NCBI GenBank assembly: GCA_951406725.2
Contig: OX597814.1
Coordinates: forward strand, 113,026,001 to 113,090,000
Source of the DNA: Octopus vulgaris
Taxonomy: Eukaryota
Direction of reading: 5' to 3'
DNA length: 64,000 nucleotides
Under the pieces are notes generated by a model. That model saw nothing but the letters and a program-made list of their open reading frames with translations. It did no database searches and was not told where the DNA came from. Below are positions 1 through 11,954 of the stretch, one piece after another (position 1 is the first letter of the stretch; each line of letters opens with the position of its first letter). The translations under genes and the position numbers were made by a program.

Positions 1-1875
1 CCATGCTAGCATGGGTTGGGCAGTTCGACCGGGGTCTGGGAAGCCAGGAGGCTGCACCAGGCACCAGTCTGATCTGGCAATGTTTCTACTGCTGGATGCC
101 CTTCCTAACGCCAACCACTCCGTGAGTGTAGTGGGTGCTTTTTACGTGCCACCGGCACAGGTGCCAGGGGAGGCTGGCAACGGCCACGATCGGTTGGTGC
201 TTTTTACGTGCCACTGGCACAGAAGCCAGTCAAGGCGGGGCTGGCATCGGCCACGTTCGGATGGTGCTTTTTACGTGCCACCGGTATAGGTATCACAACT
301 ACAATTTCCATTTGATATTTATTTTAATTTTGATGTACTTGATTCAATAGGTCTCCTCAAGCACAGCAGGTCACTCTACGATCCAAGGTAAGCAAGCAGG
401 TCGTTCTGCAATCCAAGGTATTTTGGATGGGCTGGGGCTATGCGAAACTGGTGCAGGAAACAGCCATGAACTCACATTATTTGTCGGGTCTTTGCAGTCT
501 CAGCATATCTCCAGAGATTTCGGTCTTTCGTCATTGCCTCTGTAAGGCCCAACGTTCGATGGTCATGCTTGACCACCTCATCCCATGTCTTCCTGGCTCT
601 ACCTCTCCCCCGGATACCTTCAACTGTTTGGGAGTGGCACTTCTTCACACATCTATCCTCATCCATCCGCGGTACATGACCATACCAGCGCAAACGTCTC
701 TCTTGCACACCACATCTGATGCTTCTTATGTCCAGCATTTTTCTCAGGGCACTTACACTCCGTCGTGTGTGCACACTGACATTACACATCCAGCAGATCA
801 TGCTAGCTTCATTTCTTTCAAGCCTACGCATGTCCTCTGCATGTGCAGTTCGCACACATGCATCGTACAATCTACCATTCACTCTGAGCGAGAGACCCTT
901 TGTCACTAGTAGGAGTAGAAGCTTTCTAAACTTTGCCCAGGCTATTCGTATTCTAGTGGTGACACTCTCTGAGCAATCATCTCCACTATTAACTTGGTCA
1001 CCTAGGGAGCGGACTATCAACTACTTCTAGTTTCTTTCCCTGAAGTGTGATGGAATCTGTTTTCTGAGTATCTGAGGTGTCTATTGCCCCTGTGTATCTG
1101 CCGCACATGAAAGCTATCTTCTCGGTTAATTTCCTTTGATGTTGCTGCACCTCTTATGCGTCCATAGCTTACGCTGAGTACATCTTATGGAGTTTCTACC
1201 TACACCTTTTCTACAGATCGAGCAGGGCCACCTCCATGAGGGTATAGGTGATGAGTTCGCCTTTCTGCTTACTATAACTTTGATCTTTGCTACATTTACT
1301 CTAAGGCCTTTTGATTCTAAACCTTGCTTCCACACCCGAAATTTCTTTTCTAGTTCCGGTAGTGATCCAGCTATGAAGGCCAGGTAATCAGCATAGAGGA
1401 GCTTCCAGGGGCAACCCGTCTTGAATTCCTTGTTATTGCCTGGAGGACTATGATGAATAGAAGGGGACTAAGGGCTGAACCTTGGTGGACCCCTACTTCT
1501 ACCTGGAATTCTTCACTATACTCATTGCCAATCCTATCCTTACTAACGGCCTCTCTGTATAGGGCCTGTACAGCCCTTATCAACCATTCGTCAATCTCCA
1601 GTTTCCGCATTGCCCACCTGATAAGAGATTCGGGACCCTGCCAAAGGCTTTCTCCAAGTCCCCAAAAACTAAGTAGAGGGGTTTATCTTTAGCTAGGTAT
1701 TTCTCCTGCAGTTGTCGAACCAGGAATATGGCATCAGTGGTGCTTCTACCCGGAACAAAACCGAACTGCATCTCATCTAAGCAGACTCTCTCCCTAATGA
1801 GATGGGTTGTGACTCTCTCTGTGACTTTCTTCACCTGATCTAGCAGTTTAATAACCCTGTAGTTATTTCTATCAA
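1..1875 (-). mobile_element. 5'-truncated, frameshifted RTE-clade LINE (RT domain, C-terminus, repeat-rich 3' UTR)
   Basis: QFGFVPGRSTTDAIF...DLEKAF, GVHQGSALSPLLF, LLYADY (degenerate YADD), RRLRWYGHV..M, RGRGRARKTW across several frames. The 3' UTR runs to the window edge. Confidence 0.93.
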
Positions 1876-3805
1876 GAACATAATAATAATAATAATGATA
1901 ACGCAGTTTTTAAAAATAATTTCCACGTAACTAAACACTTTTAAACTTCGTATACTGGTAGAATGTGTTTATAAAACATCTTTTTCTCTTGGCTTTATTG
2001 AGAAAATTCTATAGTTTGTAAGATATTTGTTGTTTTTTTCTTCAATTTCTGCAATTTCAACCAATCAATGACGTCTATTGAGGTGAAACATTCTGTGCCA
2101 TATGAATATGTCCCCCGTTTAAGAAACAGATTGGGTTTATTTATATTTATGAAGAAAAAAAGATACCCTTCCCCCCACCCCTAACCCTAACCCCAAAACA
2201 GATTGAAATGCAATAGATCGATACTAAGGTCATAATTATAGGTGACAATTTCATATGACACCGCTAGAAAAAACTGCCGTTCAAACCGAAAAGATCCTAA
2301 AATTCAGATAGTTAAGCAGGAATCAACATATTTGATACAGAGAAAACCATCAAATTAGAAATATTACTGCAGTTTAAACTAAATATTATATAATCGTTAA
2401 GACAAATAGGGGAGACAACCGTGGGTGTTTTTCGCTCTTATTACAACTCCGCAGTGAAGCAGAGACTTCATACTTGCTGAAGTCGTGTTAAGGGATTCCA
2501 TCAACACCGCGCTATCAAGAGAGTTCATATGTGGTCGCTTCCATTGCTAGAAATAGCACCCAAGCCCCTTTTCTAACCCCAACGCGTGTTGTTAGAGAAG
2601 GATGTTCTATGTGGTTGATATTCTTGCTAGAAATAACAGCCAAATTTACCTTAATCACATCGTACGGATTAAAAAGAAAAACAGGGTTGGTTAAGTCATT
2701 CGATACTGTGGTCCTCCTATGTACTCATTATTAGGAAATGTCAGGATGGTTATGACCGAAGCGCCTATTCAAAATCACGGTGGAAACCACCGTGATTTTG
2801 TATATCTAGGAATATATTAGCTGTGTCTTTTCTCTTTTAGGATAGTAAGATGTACGGCAATTTGGCTGCTATTTCTAGCTTCTCAAACGACCATGTAGAG
2901 GTTTTCCCTGTGGTTGAAGGTGGTCACATAATCAGTTAGAAATAACAGCCGAATAACTTCCCAACGTTGTTGGAAAAAGGAAGGACTCTTGACAATGGAG
3001 TGTAAACTGAAAAAAAAAAAAAAAAAAAGAGGGAGATGGTGAAGGTAAGAACGCCACTGTTCATCAGTATCCGTATTGTATAAGAAGTACTACAAGCAGG
3101 TTCCACCTCTACAAGCAAATTCCATAATCTTTCAAAACTTTTCATAAAAGAATGCTCGGATCCCCGTCATTTGAGGGAAAAAATTGGAAAATTCCCCGTC
3201 AAAACAGAAATTCTAACTTATGCGGACATCCTGATCCGAAACCCCGCCGTTCCCCTATAACCTCTACAAACAGACTCCACCAACTAATACAGTCGCCAAT
3301 ACCTATTTCCTTATTACCCACAAGGGGCTAAACATGGGACAAACAAGGACATAGGTATTAAGTCGATTACATCGATTCCAGTGCGTAACTGGTAATTAAT
3401 TTATCGACCCCGAAAGGATGAAAGGCAAAGTCGACCTCGGCGGAATTTGAACTCAGAACGTAGCGGCAGACGAAATACCTATTTCTTAACTACCCACACG
3501 GGGCTAAACACAGAGAGTACAAACAAGGACAGACAAACGGATTAAGTCGATTATATCGACTCCAGTGCGTAACTGGTACTTATTTAATCGAACCCCAAAG
3601 GATGAAAGGCAAAGTTGACCTCGGCGGAATTTGAACTCAGAACGTAGTGGCAGACGAAATACGGCTGCGCATTTCGCCCGGCGTGCCAACGATTCTGCCA
3701 GCTCCTCACCTTCGCGAATACAAGCAAAATCCACCACCACCACTACTACTACCACCGATACAAGCAGGAATTTATAAAGGTCACCGTAAAGGATTGTGGG
3801 AAATT

Positions 3806-3884
3806 TTTCGCGCCAAATCAATTTCATGTACAAAGTTTGTATCTTCGCGCGACCCGAAAACTTGTGACTGTTCTGAAAGAGAAG
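3806..3884 (+). promoter_or_regulatory. Probable CHAF1B promoter / non-coding first exon with overlapping E2F sites
   Basis: TTTCGCGCCAAA at 3806-3817 is the classic overlapping double E2F site of the DHFR-promoter type. A second TTCGCGCG lies at 3844-3851. Candidate donor AAG|GTGAAA at 3884/3885. The CHAF1B ATG directly follows a splice acceptor, so an upstream exon is expected. Confidence 0.6.
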
Positions 3885-5499
3885 GTGAAAATATTTCTAC
3901 ATTAACGCTTAATATAATTAACGAAAAACCATTAATGTAAAATAAATAACTTTTTATATGAGTATGATTATTAATTGTTCGTTATGAAAATTAAAAGCTT
4001 TGCTTTATTAATGCATTTTAAAAATCGCAGTGATGTATTGTGTACAAACTTTTTCTTTTCATTTCTAAATATATTTCAGAAGTATTCCTTTTTATTTTGG
4101 TGTATTGACGATGCTATTAACTTGTTTAAATATCTAAAGGAATTTTACGATTTGTGTGTACTGTTAATGAATTAACCTGGAGATAATTGAGTATTTTTTC
4201 TTTAGCGAAATGTTTTCGATTTTTTTGTATGATGTGTCTAAACAAAATATTTCATTATGAAACTATTTTCATTGGAAAGTTTTAAATGTAAATCTTTTGC
4301 TAGCGAGAAACTCTGCTTTTTAGACTCCCTACTTGTCTGAATAATTGAATTTGAAATCCTTTACATGGGATGGTATATTAATATAAATAAATACTTCCAT
4401 AAATATACCTACGTACATACTGTTCAGTCATTGATTGTTTGAGAAGTTCGTAGATACAAAAAAAATCTCTTCTTAAAAATATACTTAATTAATATTTTAG
4501 AAAATGAATGGACAGAAATAAATTTCGTAATTTCTATCGAAACTTCTAAATGTCTTTGGCAGAATCGTTAGCAAAGTGAACAAAATCTTTATCGACACTT
4601 CTTCCGGCTTCAGGTTTCTCCGAGGTCGACTTTACCGTCTTTCATTCTTGTGAATATAAGGACCAGTTGAGCACTGGGGTCGATGCAATCGCTCACCCTT
4701 CCAGATTTTCAGACGTCTTGCTTATAGTAGAAAGCATTGTTATTCCTATTTGATTCTTCGAGTATCGATAAAGTATTAATTCCTGGGGTCGCTGACACCG
4801 TCTAAAAAAACTTCCTTCAAATATGCTGACCATTATACCTAAATCAGAAACCATTATTATTATTGCTGTTAGTTTTCGTGCAAGATAAATAGAATAATTA
4901 ATTCTGATCTGATGAAAATTATGGGGGCGGGGGGAAGAAAGCAAAATTGGTAACTGAGGCAAAATGAGTAATTCCTGATATCTCGTTTGTCTGCTATATC
5001 TAGCAAACCAAATGACCACAGTTAAGCTCGTCTAATATAAGCCCAAATCAGTTGAGCAAATCCTATTGATTACAGGCATTCCAACCATAACCATCCAGTA
5101 TTTTATATATATATCAGAGACTATATTATATGCATTACTTTGTTTTTTTAAGATGGTAGGGTGTGATTTGAGGAAGATTTGGCTGCTATTTCTAGGTTGA
5201 GCAATTATATAAGGAATACCAAGCTGGTTTCTCCTTTTAAGTGCCTATCAATAGCTATACGTCTTCAGCGATGTGGAGGCTTTAATTCTCCAAATTAACA
5301 TTTGAAAGACTCATACACATCAGTATCCATCCTTAGACATCAGAAAGTTCAGAAATTTAAAATATCGACGTCAAATTGAAAGAAGATCATAGGAAAATGC
5401 CACAGGATATGAAATTTACGAAATTCCGCTAAATCTAAAAACTCAACATAGAATATTCTCTATGGTTTTCAAATCCCAGTTCTCTTAATTTAAAGAAGT

Positions 5500-6071
5500 G
5501 CCGATCTCTAACTGTGGACGGAACCTGTGGAAGAGGTAGACCCAGGAAGAGATGGGACGAAGTGGTATAGCATGAAATTGAACACTGGGTCTCACAGAGG
5601 CAATGACTAGTGACTGAGACCTTTAGCAATATGTTGTACTTGAGAAAACCTTTCAAACCAAGTGAAATCGTAGTCATGGCAGATGTTGGTGTCGTAATTG
5701 GCACCCATGCCGACATGTAAAGAGCTGTGTTTGAGCACTGGGCCTCATAGAGGCAAAGTGGCTGAGTTCCTTATGAGTGTTGGGCCTCACAAAGGCAATG
5801 ACCAAGACCTTTGGCATTATGTTGTGTTTGAGAAGACCCATGAAACTGAGCAAAATCGCAGTTATTGCAGATACTGATTTCACGCAAGTGGCACCCATGC
5901 TGGTAGCACATAAAAACACCCATTACATTTTCGGAGTGGTTGGCATTAGGAAGGGCATCCAGCTGTAGAAAACCACGCCAAATCAGTCTAGTGCAGCCTT
6001 CCAGCATGCCAGTCCTGGTCAAACCGTCCGACCCATGCCAACATGGACAACAGACATTAAATGATGATGAT
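5500..6071 (+). mobile_element. RTE LINE 3' fragment with (GAT)n tail
   Basis: Same ORF end and 3' UTR (GGCATTAGGAAGGGCATCCAGCTGTAGAAA...CCATGCCAACATGG) as 1-1875. About 25 similar truncated copies occur in both orientations, e.g. 8.1, 8.6, 9.3, 13.3, 14.4, 15.3, 17.6, 18.5, 20.3, 21.3, 28.2, 29.3, 30.0, 31.3, 32.7, 41.05, 42.4, 47.9 kb. Confidence 0.85.
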
Positions 6072-6763
6072 GACTCATTGGATAATGTAGTAATGGATAT
6101 ACATAAAAAAAATGTGATGGTCATGGCTGGAAATCTGTAGATTATAGAACTTGTGTGTGGCTAAACAACGTCAGAGAAGAAAATGTTAAATAACTTTCTC
6201 CTTTTAGCAAGGATACACCCTCAGACCCCTTCACCACTATCTTTATTTTTCCAACTGGAGGTAGCCATATATCTCCTCTACAGCAAGACATGTTTATATT
6301 CCTCTCATCATCATCATTTAATGTCTATTTTCCATGCTGGCATGGGTTGGATGGTTTGACTGAAAACTGGTATGATGGAGAACTGCACCAGGTTCCAATC
6401 TGATTTGGCATGGTTTTCTGCGGTTGGAGCCCTTCCTAATGCCAACCACTCTAGAGTCTAGCTGGTGCTTTATACATGCCACTTAGGTAACACCAGCATT
6501 GGCCACGACTACAATCTTGGCTTGACAGGTCTTCTCAAGCATGGCATATCACCAAAGGTCTCAGTCACCGGTACACAAGGACATAATCCCCCCGCAGTCA
6601 ATATCCCCCAGGATATTCTTTCTTTGCAATAAAAATGTGAAATTTTATAAAAAGAAGTTTTAAATATTTACTAGTTGATATTTGTACACAGGGCATTTTA
6701 TCCTAATACCCAGTCACCTGTCACTGCCTCCATGAGGCTCAATGTTCAAACGGTGCCTTTTAT

Positions 6764-7169
6764 TTACATTTGACGGATATTTGTCCTCATCTTGTTAACG
6801 TTTTGGCTGATATATCCTCCAGCCTTCATCAGGTGTCTTGGGGAAATTTTGAACCTGGGTTCTCATTCCTAAGGCATTTTTCGATATTATTATTATTATG
6901 CCCACTGGCATATGTCGTAGTGGTTAAGAGTGCGGGCTACTAACCCCAAGATTCTGAGTTCGATTCCAGGCAGTGACCTGAATAATAATAATCATAACAT
7001 CGAAAAATACGTTAGAAATGAGAACCCAGGGTCGAAATTTCCCCAAGACACTTGATGAAAGCTGGAGGGTATATCAGCCAAAATGTTATGTTAACAACAA
7101 ACCAGATGAGGACAAAAATCGTCAAATGTAAATAATGTACATAATTCCTCATCTCTTAAATATAGAACT
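6764..7169 (+). mobile_element. Non-autonomous Penelope-like terminal-repeat insertion (inverted partial arm + tRNA-head/hammerhead unit)
   Basis: 6764-6897 is the reverse complement of the 3' part of 6900-7169. TSD GGTGCCTTTTAT at 6752-6763 and 7170-7181. Confidence 0.85.
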
Positions 7170-7591
7170 GGTGCCTTTTATGTCCCACCGGCATGGGTGC
7201 CAATTACACGACACTGGCATCAGTCAAAACTATGATTTAACTTGGCTTGACGGGTCTTCTCAAGCACAGTGTTTTGCCCAACGTTCGAAGGGTGTTTTTT
7301 ATGAGGCACCTGGTATAAAGCTACATCCCTCAAAACTGTCCCCTTGGTTGTGGGTCTTGTTTAGCGAAATACTTGGCAGCCTCACTTGGTGCTACATAAA
7401 AAGCACCTGGTACACTGTAAATTGGTTGGCGTTAGGAAGGGCATGCCAGGTCAGGCCGGAGTCTAGTGCAACCCCCTCAGCTTGCCAACTCGGGGTCAAA
7501 CCGTCCAACCCATGCCAGCATGGACAACGAATGCTAAATGATGATTTTTATAAGAGTGTTACGATTGTGTATCTTTTTTCTTCTCTTTCAG

Positions 7592-7714
7592 ATGAAAGTT
7601 GTGACCCCAGAAATCTCTTGGCATGAACGTGACCCTGTTTATTCAGTTGATTTCCAGCCAGGGAATCACGCAATACAACGTTTGGCCACCGCTGGAGTGG
7701 ATAAATTTGTCAGG
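7592..7714 (+). CDS. CHAF1B: CHAF1B coding exon 1 ([41 protein letters not shown])
   Basis: Closely resembles the CAF-1 p60 N-terminus (human [22 protein letters not shown]...RLASAGVD). Acceptor tttcag|ATG, donor AGG|gtaagt, phase 0. Confidence 0.95.
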
Positions 7715-9787
7715 GTAAGTGATTTGCAGTATATTTGTCTATATAAACATCTCACATGTTTAAATCCTTTCGATGCCATATTTCTGTTGAAATGCTCTGC
7801 CTTTGTTTTAAATAATTTTGAAAATAATAATAAAGAATTTAGTGAAATAGCCTTTCTCATTGTGAAGCAGGGGTTTCAGACATAAATTCATCATCATTAT
7901 CATCGTTTAACATCTGCTTTCCATGCTGTTGTTGTTAAGCAACAAGACGGGTAAGGGTGATTAGGTGATGGTCTAGGGCTTAAGGGCGGGAGACTCCAGA
8001 CCGTGGGAAAAAAAAACTTTGGTCGTCTTGTTGTAGTCAAGGGCTCTTTGTTGACACCCGACACCACTGGGAAGTGGCCCTTGAAGTCGCTGTAAATGGA
8101 GATCTCCAGGTCCAAATTCTTGAATGGCTGCTTTCTATGCTGGCATGGATTGGACGGTTTTGACTGAGGACTGGCAAGCCAGGAGGCCGTACCAGGCTCC
8201 AGTCTGATCTTGCAAGGTTTCTACTTTTACAGCTGGGTGCCCTTCCTTATGCCTACAACTCCGAGAGTGTAGTGGGTGCCTGTTTTACATTCCACCAGTA
8301 CAGGGGCCAGTCAGGTGGCACTGGCATTGACCATGCTTGGATGGTGCTTTTTACATGCCACCGGCACAGGGGCCAGTCAGGTGGCACTGGCATGAAATTT
8401 TCACGAGAGATTTAAATTTAAATTACTTTAACTCAAACTGACCATATCAGGCCTAAAACTCTTTATGTTGAAACTGGCCAGATCCAGCCTCTCACACCTG
8501 CCTTACAATGTCATTCTAAAACTAAACAATCACATCATCGAAATCTCTAAACTACAAGATAATGCATGATTAATTCAAGACAATATTATCACCATCATCA
8601 TTTAACGTACGTCTTCCATGCTGGCATGGGTTGGATGGTTTGACTGAGGACTGGCAAGCCAGGGGGCTGCAACAGGCTCCAATCTGATCTGGCTATGTTA
8701 CTACAGCTGGATACCCTTCCTAATGCCAACCGCTCAGATTGTAGTAGGTGCTTTTTACGTACCACTGGCACGTGAGCCAGTCAGGTGGCACTGGCATCGG
8801 TCATGTTTGGCTGGTACTTTTTATGTGCCACCAGCACAGGAACCAGTTGGGGGCTGGCAGAATAAGCTGAATGCTAAAAGGTTAAAACAAGAAGTTTTGA
8901 TTGGAGAGTCAAGAGCGATATCAGCTGGGTTGGTACAAAAATGTTAATAATTCTGGTGAGGAATCAATGCTAATTGATCAGTAATTCTAAATTAAGGGTG
9001 ATTGATCAGTTATATGTCATTTATATTATTTCTGCAGCCAAGTAAAATAGGAATCCTATGGGTCCATAGCTTGAAAAATGGTTAAGAACCATTTGTCTGC
9101 AGGAAGCATTGACATTATTCTGTTCAGTAGACTATGGCTGTTCCCATACATCACTTGTGTGTGTGAAGGTAGAAATTATATTCTACAACAGGGTCAGGGG
9201 GTCACCAGTTGATCAGGGTACACCAAAAGCCAAGCAATGGGGTAAACAGAAACAACAACGCTGACTGACTGGTCCCATGCCGGTGGCACGTAAAAAGCAC
9301 CATTCGAGCATGGTTGTTGCCAGTACCACCTGACTGGGCCTCATGCTGGTGGCATGTAAAAACCACCCACTACACTCTCGAAGTGGTTGGCGTTAGGAAG
9401 GGCACTCAGCTGTAGAAACTCAGCGAGATCAGATTGGAGCCCGGTGCAGCCTTCTGGCCATCCAACCCATGCCAGCATGGAAAACAGATGTTAAATGATG
9501 ACGACGATGATGATGAATATAATTCTGATTTCTGTTGAGATGCTCTGGGTTTCTTTCAGTTACTTTAAATATAACAAAGTATTTTGTAAAATAACTTAGT
9601 TATCATTAAGCTAGAGTTAGGAACATAAATTGTGACTAAGGTCTGGTGGAAGATTTTAATTCAAAACTTATGAAAACATGACATTTGTACTCAGAGACAG
9701 AGCCGGTTTCAGCTGGGTTGGTAGCGAAAGGGTTAAAGAGTTTGAGCTTAAACTATATTTCTTCGTATAAAACCATAATTCGTGTTG

Positions 9788-10217
9788 TTCTATATTTAAG
9801 AGATGAGGAATTCTGTACATTATTTACGTTATTTACATTGGGCAGATATGTGTCTTCATCTTGTTTGTTGTTACTACAACGATTCGGCTGATTTACTCTC
9901 CAGCCTTCATCAGGTGTCCTGGTAGCATTTTGAACCCATCTCTGTGTTCTCATTCCTAAGGTATTATTTTTGCTGATATTAATATTGTTTATTCAAGGCA
10001 CTGCTGGAATTGAACTCGCAATCTTGGGGTTAGTAGCCTGTGCTCTTAACCATTACACTATATGCCTGTGGGCAGATAGGAATGTGAACCCAGGGTTAGG
10101 TTCAAAATGCTACCAGGACAGCTGATGAAGGCTGGAGAGTAAATCAGCTGAAATGTTGTGGCAACACCAAACAAGATGAGGACAAATATCCATCCAATGT
10201 AAATAATGTACATAATT
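9788..10217 (-). mobile_element. Penelope-like terminal-repeat inverted pair
   Basis: Full unit on the - strand 9788-10075, partial + arm 10077-10217. Degenerate TSD CATAATT(CG/TT)TGTTGTT at 9774-9789 and 10211-10226. Confidence 0.8.
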
Positions 10218-10239
10218 TTTGTTGTTTTCTTTCTTTCAG

Positions 10240-10345
10240 ATTTGGCAAGTGAAGGTTGACAATTCTTCAAAGGCTGCCATAGAATTCTTATCTAATCTTA
10301 AAAGACACACAAAATCGGTGAATGTTGTTCGTTTTTCCCCGGATG
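10240..10345 (+). CDS. CHAF1B: CHAF1B coding exon 2 (IWQVKVDNSSKAAIEFLSNLKRHTKSVNVVRFSPD)
   Basis: WD40 motif EFLSNLxRHTKxVNVVRFSP. tttcag| and G|gtaag; 106 nt, phase 0 to 1. Confidence 0.95.
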
Positions 10346-10525
10346 GTAAGGTTTTAAAACTAGTTTCTTTTGTATTCTGGAGTGTAATGTCATTTGGAAT
10401 TGAAAATAATCTTTGATTCCTTATGAAAAAGAGTAAAGCCCTCAATTTGTTATATTTGTGCTTCATATTGTTTAATTAATGCAATTTCTAAAACGTGGTT
10501 AACTCTTTAATATTTCTTCTTTCAG

Positions 10526-10552
10526 GTGAATTGATGGCTTCAGGTGGAGATG
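10526..10552 (+). CDS. CHAF1B: CHAF1B coding exon 3, 27-nt microexon (GELMASGGD)
   Basis: tttcttctttcag|GTGAATTGATGGCTTCAGGTGGAGATG|gtaag. Supplies the conserved GE.LASGGDD. Phase 1 to 1. Confidence 0.92.
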
Positions 10553-10761
10553 GTAAGAACCATTTACCATTTTGCTTTGATGGAAGAAAGATACTGGAAT
10601 ATTTGCTAGTATGAAGTTGCTAGCTTTTTTTGAAGCTTAGGCGTTCCTAACCACATGGTTTGGCACCTTGGGCAAGTGTCTTCTATAGCCCTAGGTCTAC
10701 CAAAGCCTTGTAAGTGGATTTGGTAGATGGAAACTGAAAGAAGCCTATTGTGTGTGTGTGT

Positions 10762-10802
<41 letters not shown>

Positions 10803-11154
10803 AGAGAGAGAAAGAGCATGTATGTTTGTATCTACTTGTTTTAAAATGTGTGATTGTTGTAAATTTGCTTTTCAGACAAGGTCCACACGATTGTAGGGTA
10901 AAAGCGAAAAAGGAAGTTGCAGTTTCGCATTGCTAGCAAGGCTAGAAGTTATGTAAAATGTAAAGATTTAAGGAAAAGGAATCCACGGTTTCATCTTGCA
11001 GCAGGAGCAAGATGGCTGTCTCCTTTATATTGTAATTTTATTCATTTCACATTCATCCTTTCATGTGTTTTTTGTTCCTATTGTCTTTGTATGTCCCCCT
11101 CTGTAATTAGGCCTTGTGCCTGTAATAAAGAATTGAGCTATCAAACCATGCTAC

Positions 11155-11197
11155 TCCAGACTGATGATGAGCAATGACTATGAAACTAGTCTGTGGG
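11155..11197 (+). ncRNA. Degenerate minimal hammerhead motif (unrelated family)
   Basis: TCCAGA-CTGATGA-(14 nt)-GAAAC-TA-GTC-TGTGGG. Palindromic ACTAGT stem III; weak stem II. Confidence 0.5.
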
Positions 11198-11954
11198 TGT
11201 TGGGTGGAGGTACTTATCTCCACTTTCAAAACCTAAAGACACAGGAAACGTTGTTTCCTAGGGCTAAATAACAGTAGCATTCTTCTCTTTCATGGGACTG
11301 TCACATTAAGTTGACAACATATCACTTTAGATATGAACCCTTTAACATTTAAACTGGCCATATCCAGCCAAAATAGTCTCCCTGTTTTATGTTCAAACTG
11401 GCCAAGTCCAGTCTCTCACACCTACCCTACAATATCATTCTAAAAATAAACAATCACATCATTGGAATCTCAAACCTATGAGAAAATGCATGATTAATTT
11501 TTTTTTTAATGTGAAAAAAATGAGGATTTAACAGATAATCTGAATGCTAACGAGTTAAACCGATGTTGGTAATAATTTACATAGAATAAACATGTTAATT
11601 TTTGTTGTTTACATTATTTATATTTCATGGATATTTGTTCTCATCTTGTTTGTTGTTAACACAACATTTCGGCTGATATACCCTTCAGCCTTCATCAGGT
11701 GTCTTGGGGAAATTTCGAACCTGGGTTCTCATTCCTAAGGTATTTTTCGATGTTATTATTATTCAGATCACTGCTTGGAATCGAACTTGGAATTTTGGGG
11801 TTAGTAGCCCGCACTCTTAACCACTATAAGCCTTAAAAATTCATTCCATAATTGCCCATGGGTATATGGTGTAGTGGTTAAGAGTGCGGGCTACTAACTC
11901 CAAGATTCTGAGTTCGATTCCAGGCAGTGACCTGAATAATAATAATAATAATGA

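Noticed and set aside
2177-2194. Telomere-like CCCTAACCCTAACCCC
   Set aside because: Only about two units, probably internal to an unclassified repeat at about 1900-2297; no telomeric array.
4763-4770. DRE element TATCGATA in the presumed first intron
   Set aside because: Single 8-mer in what looks like a decayed family B SINE segment; likely chance.
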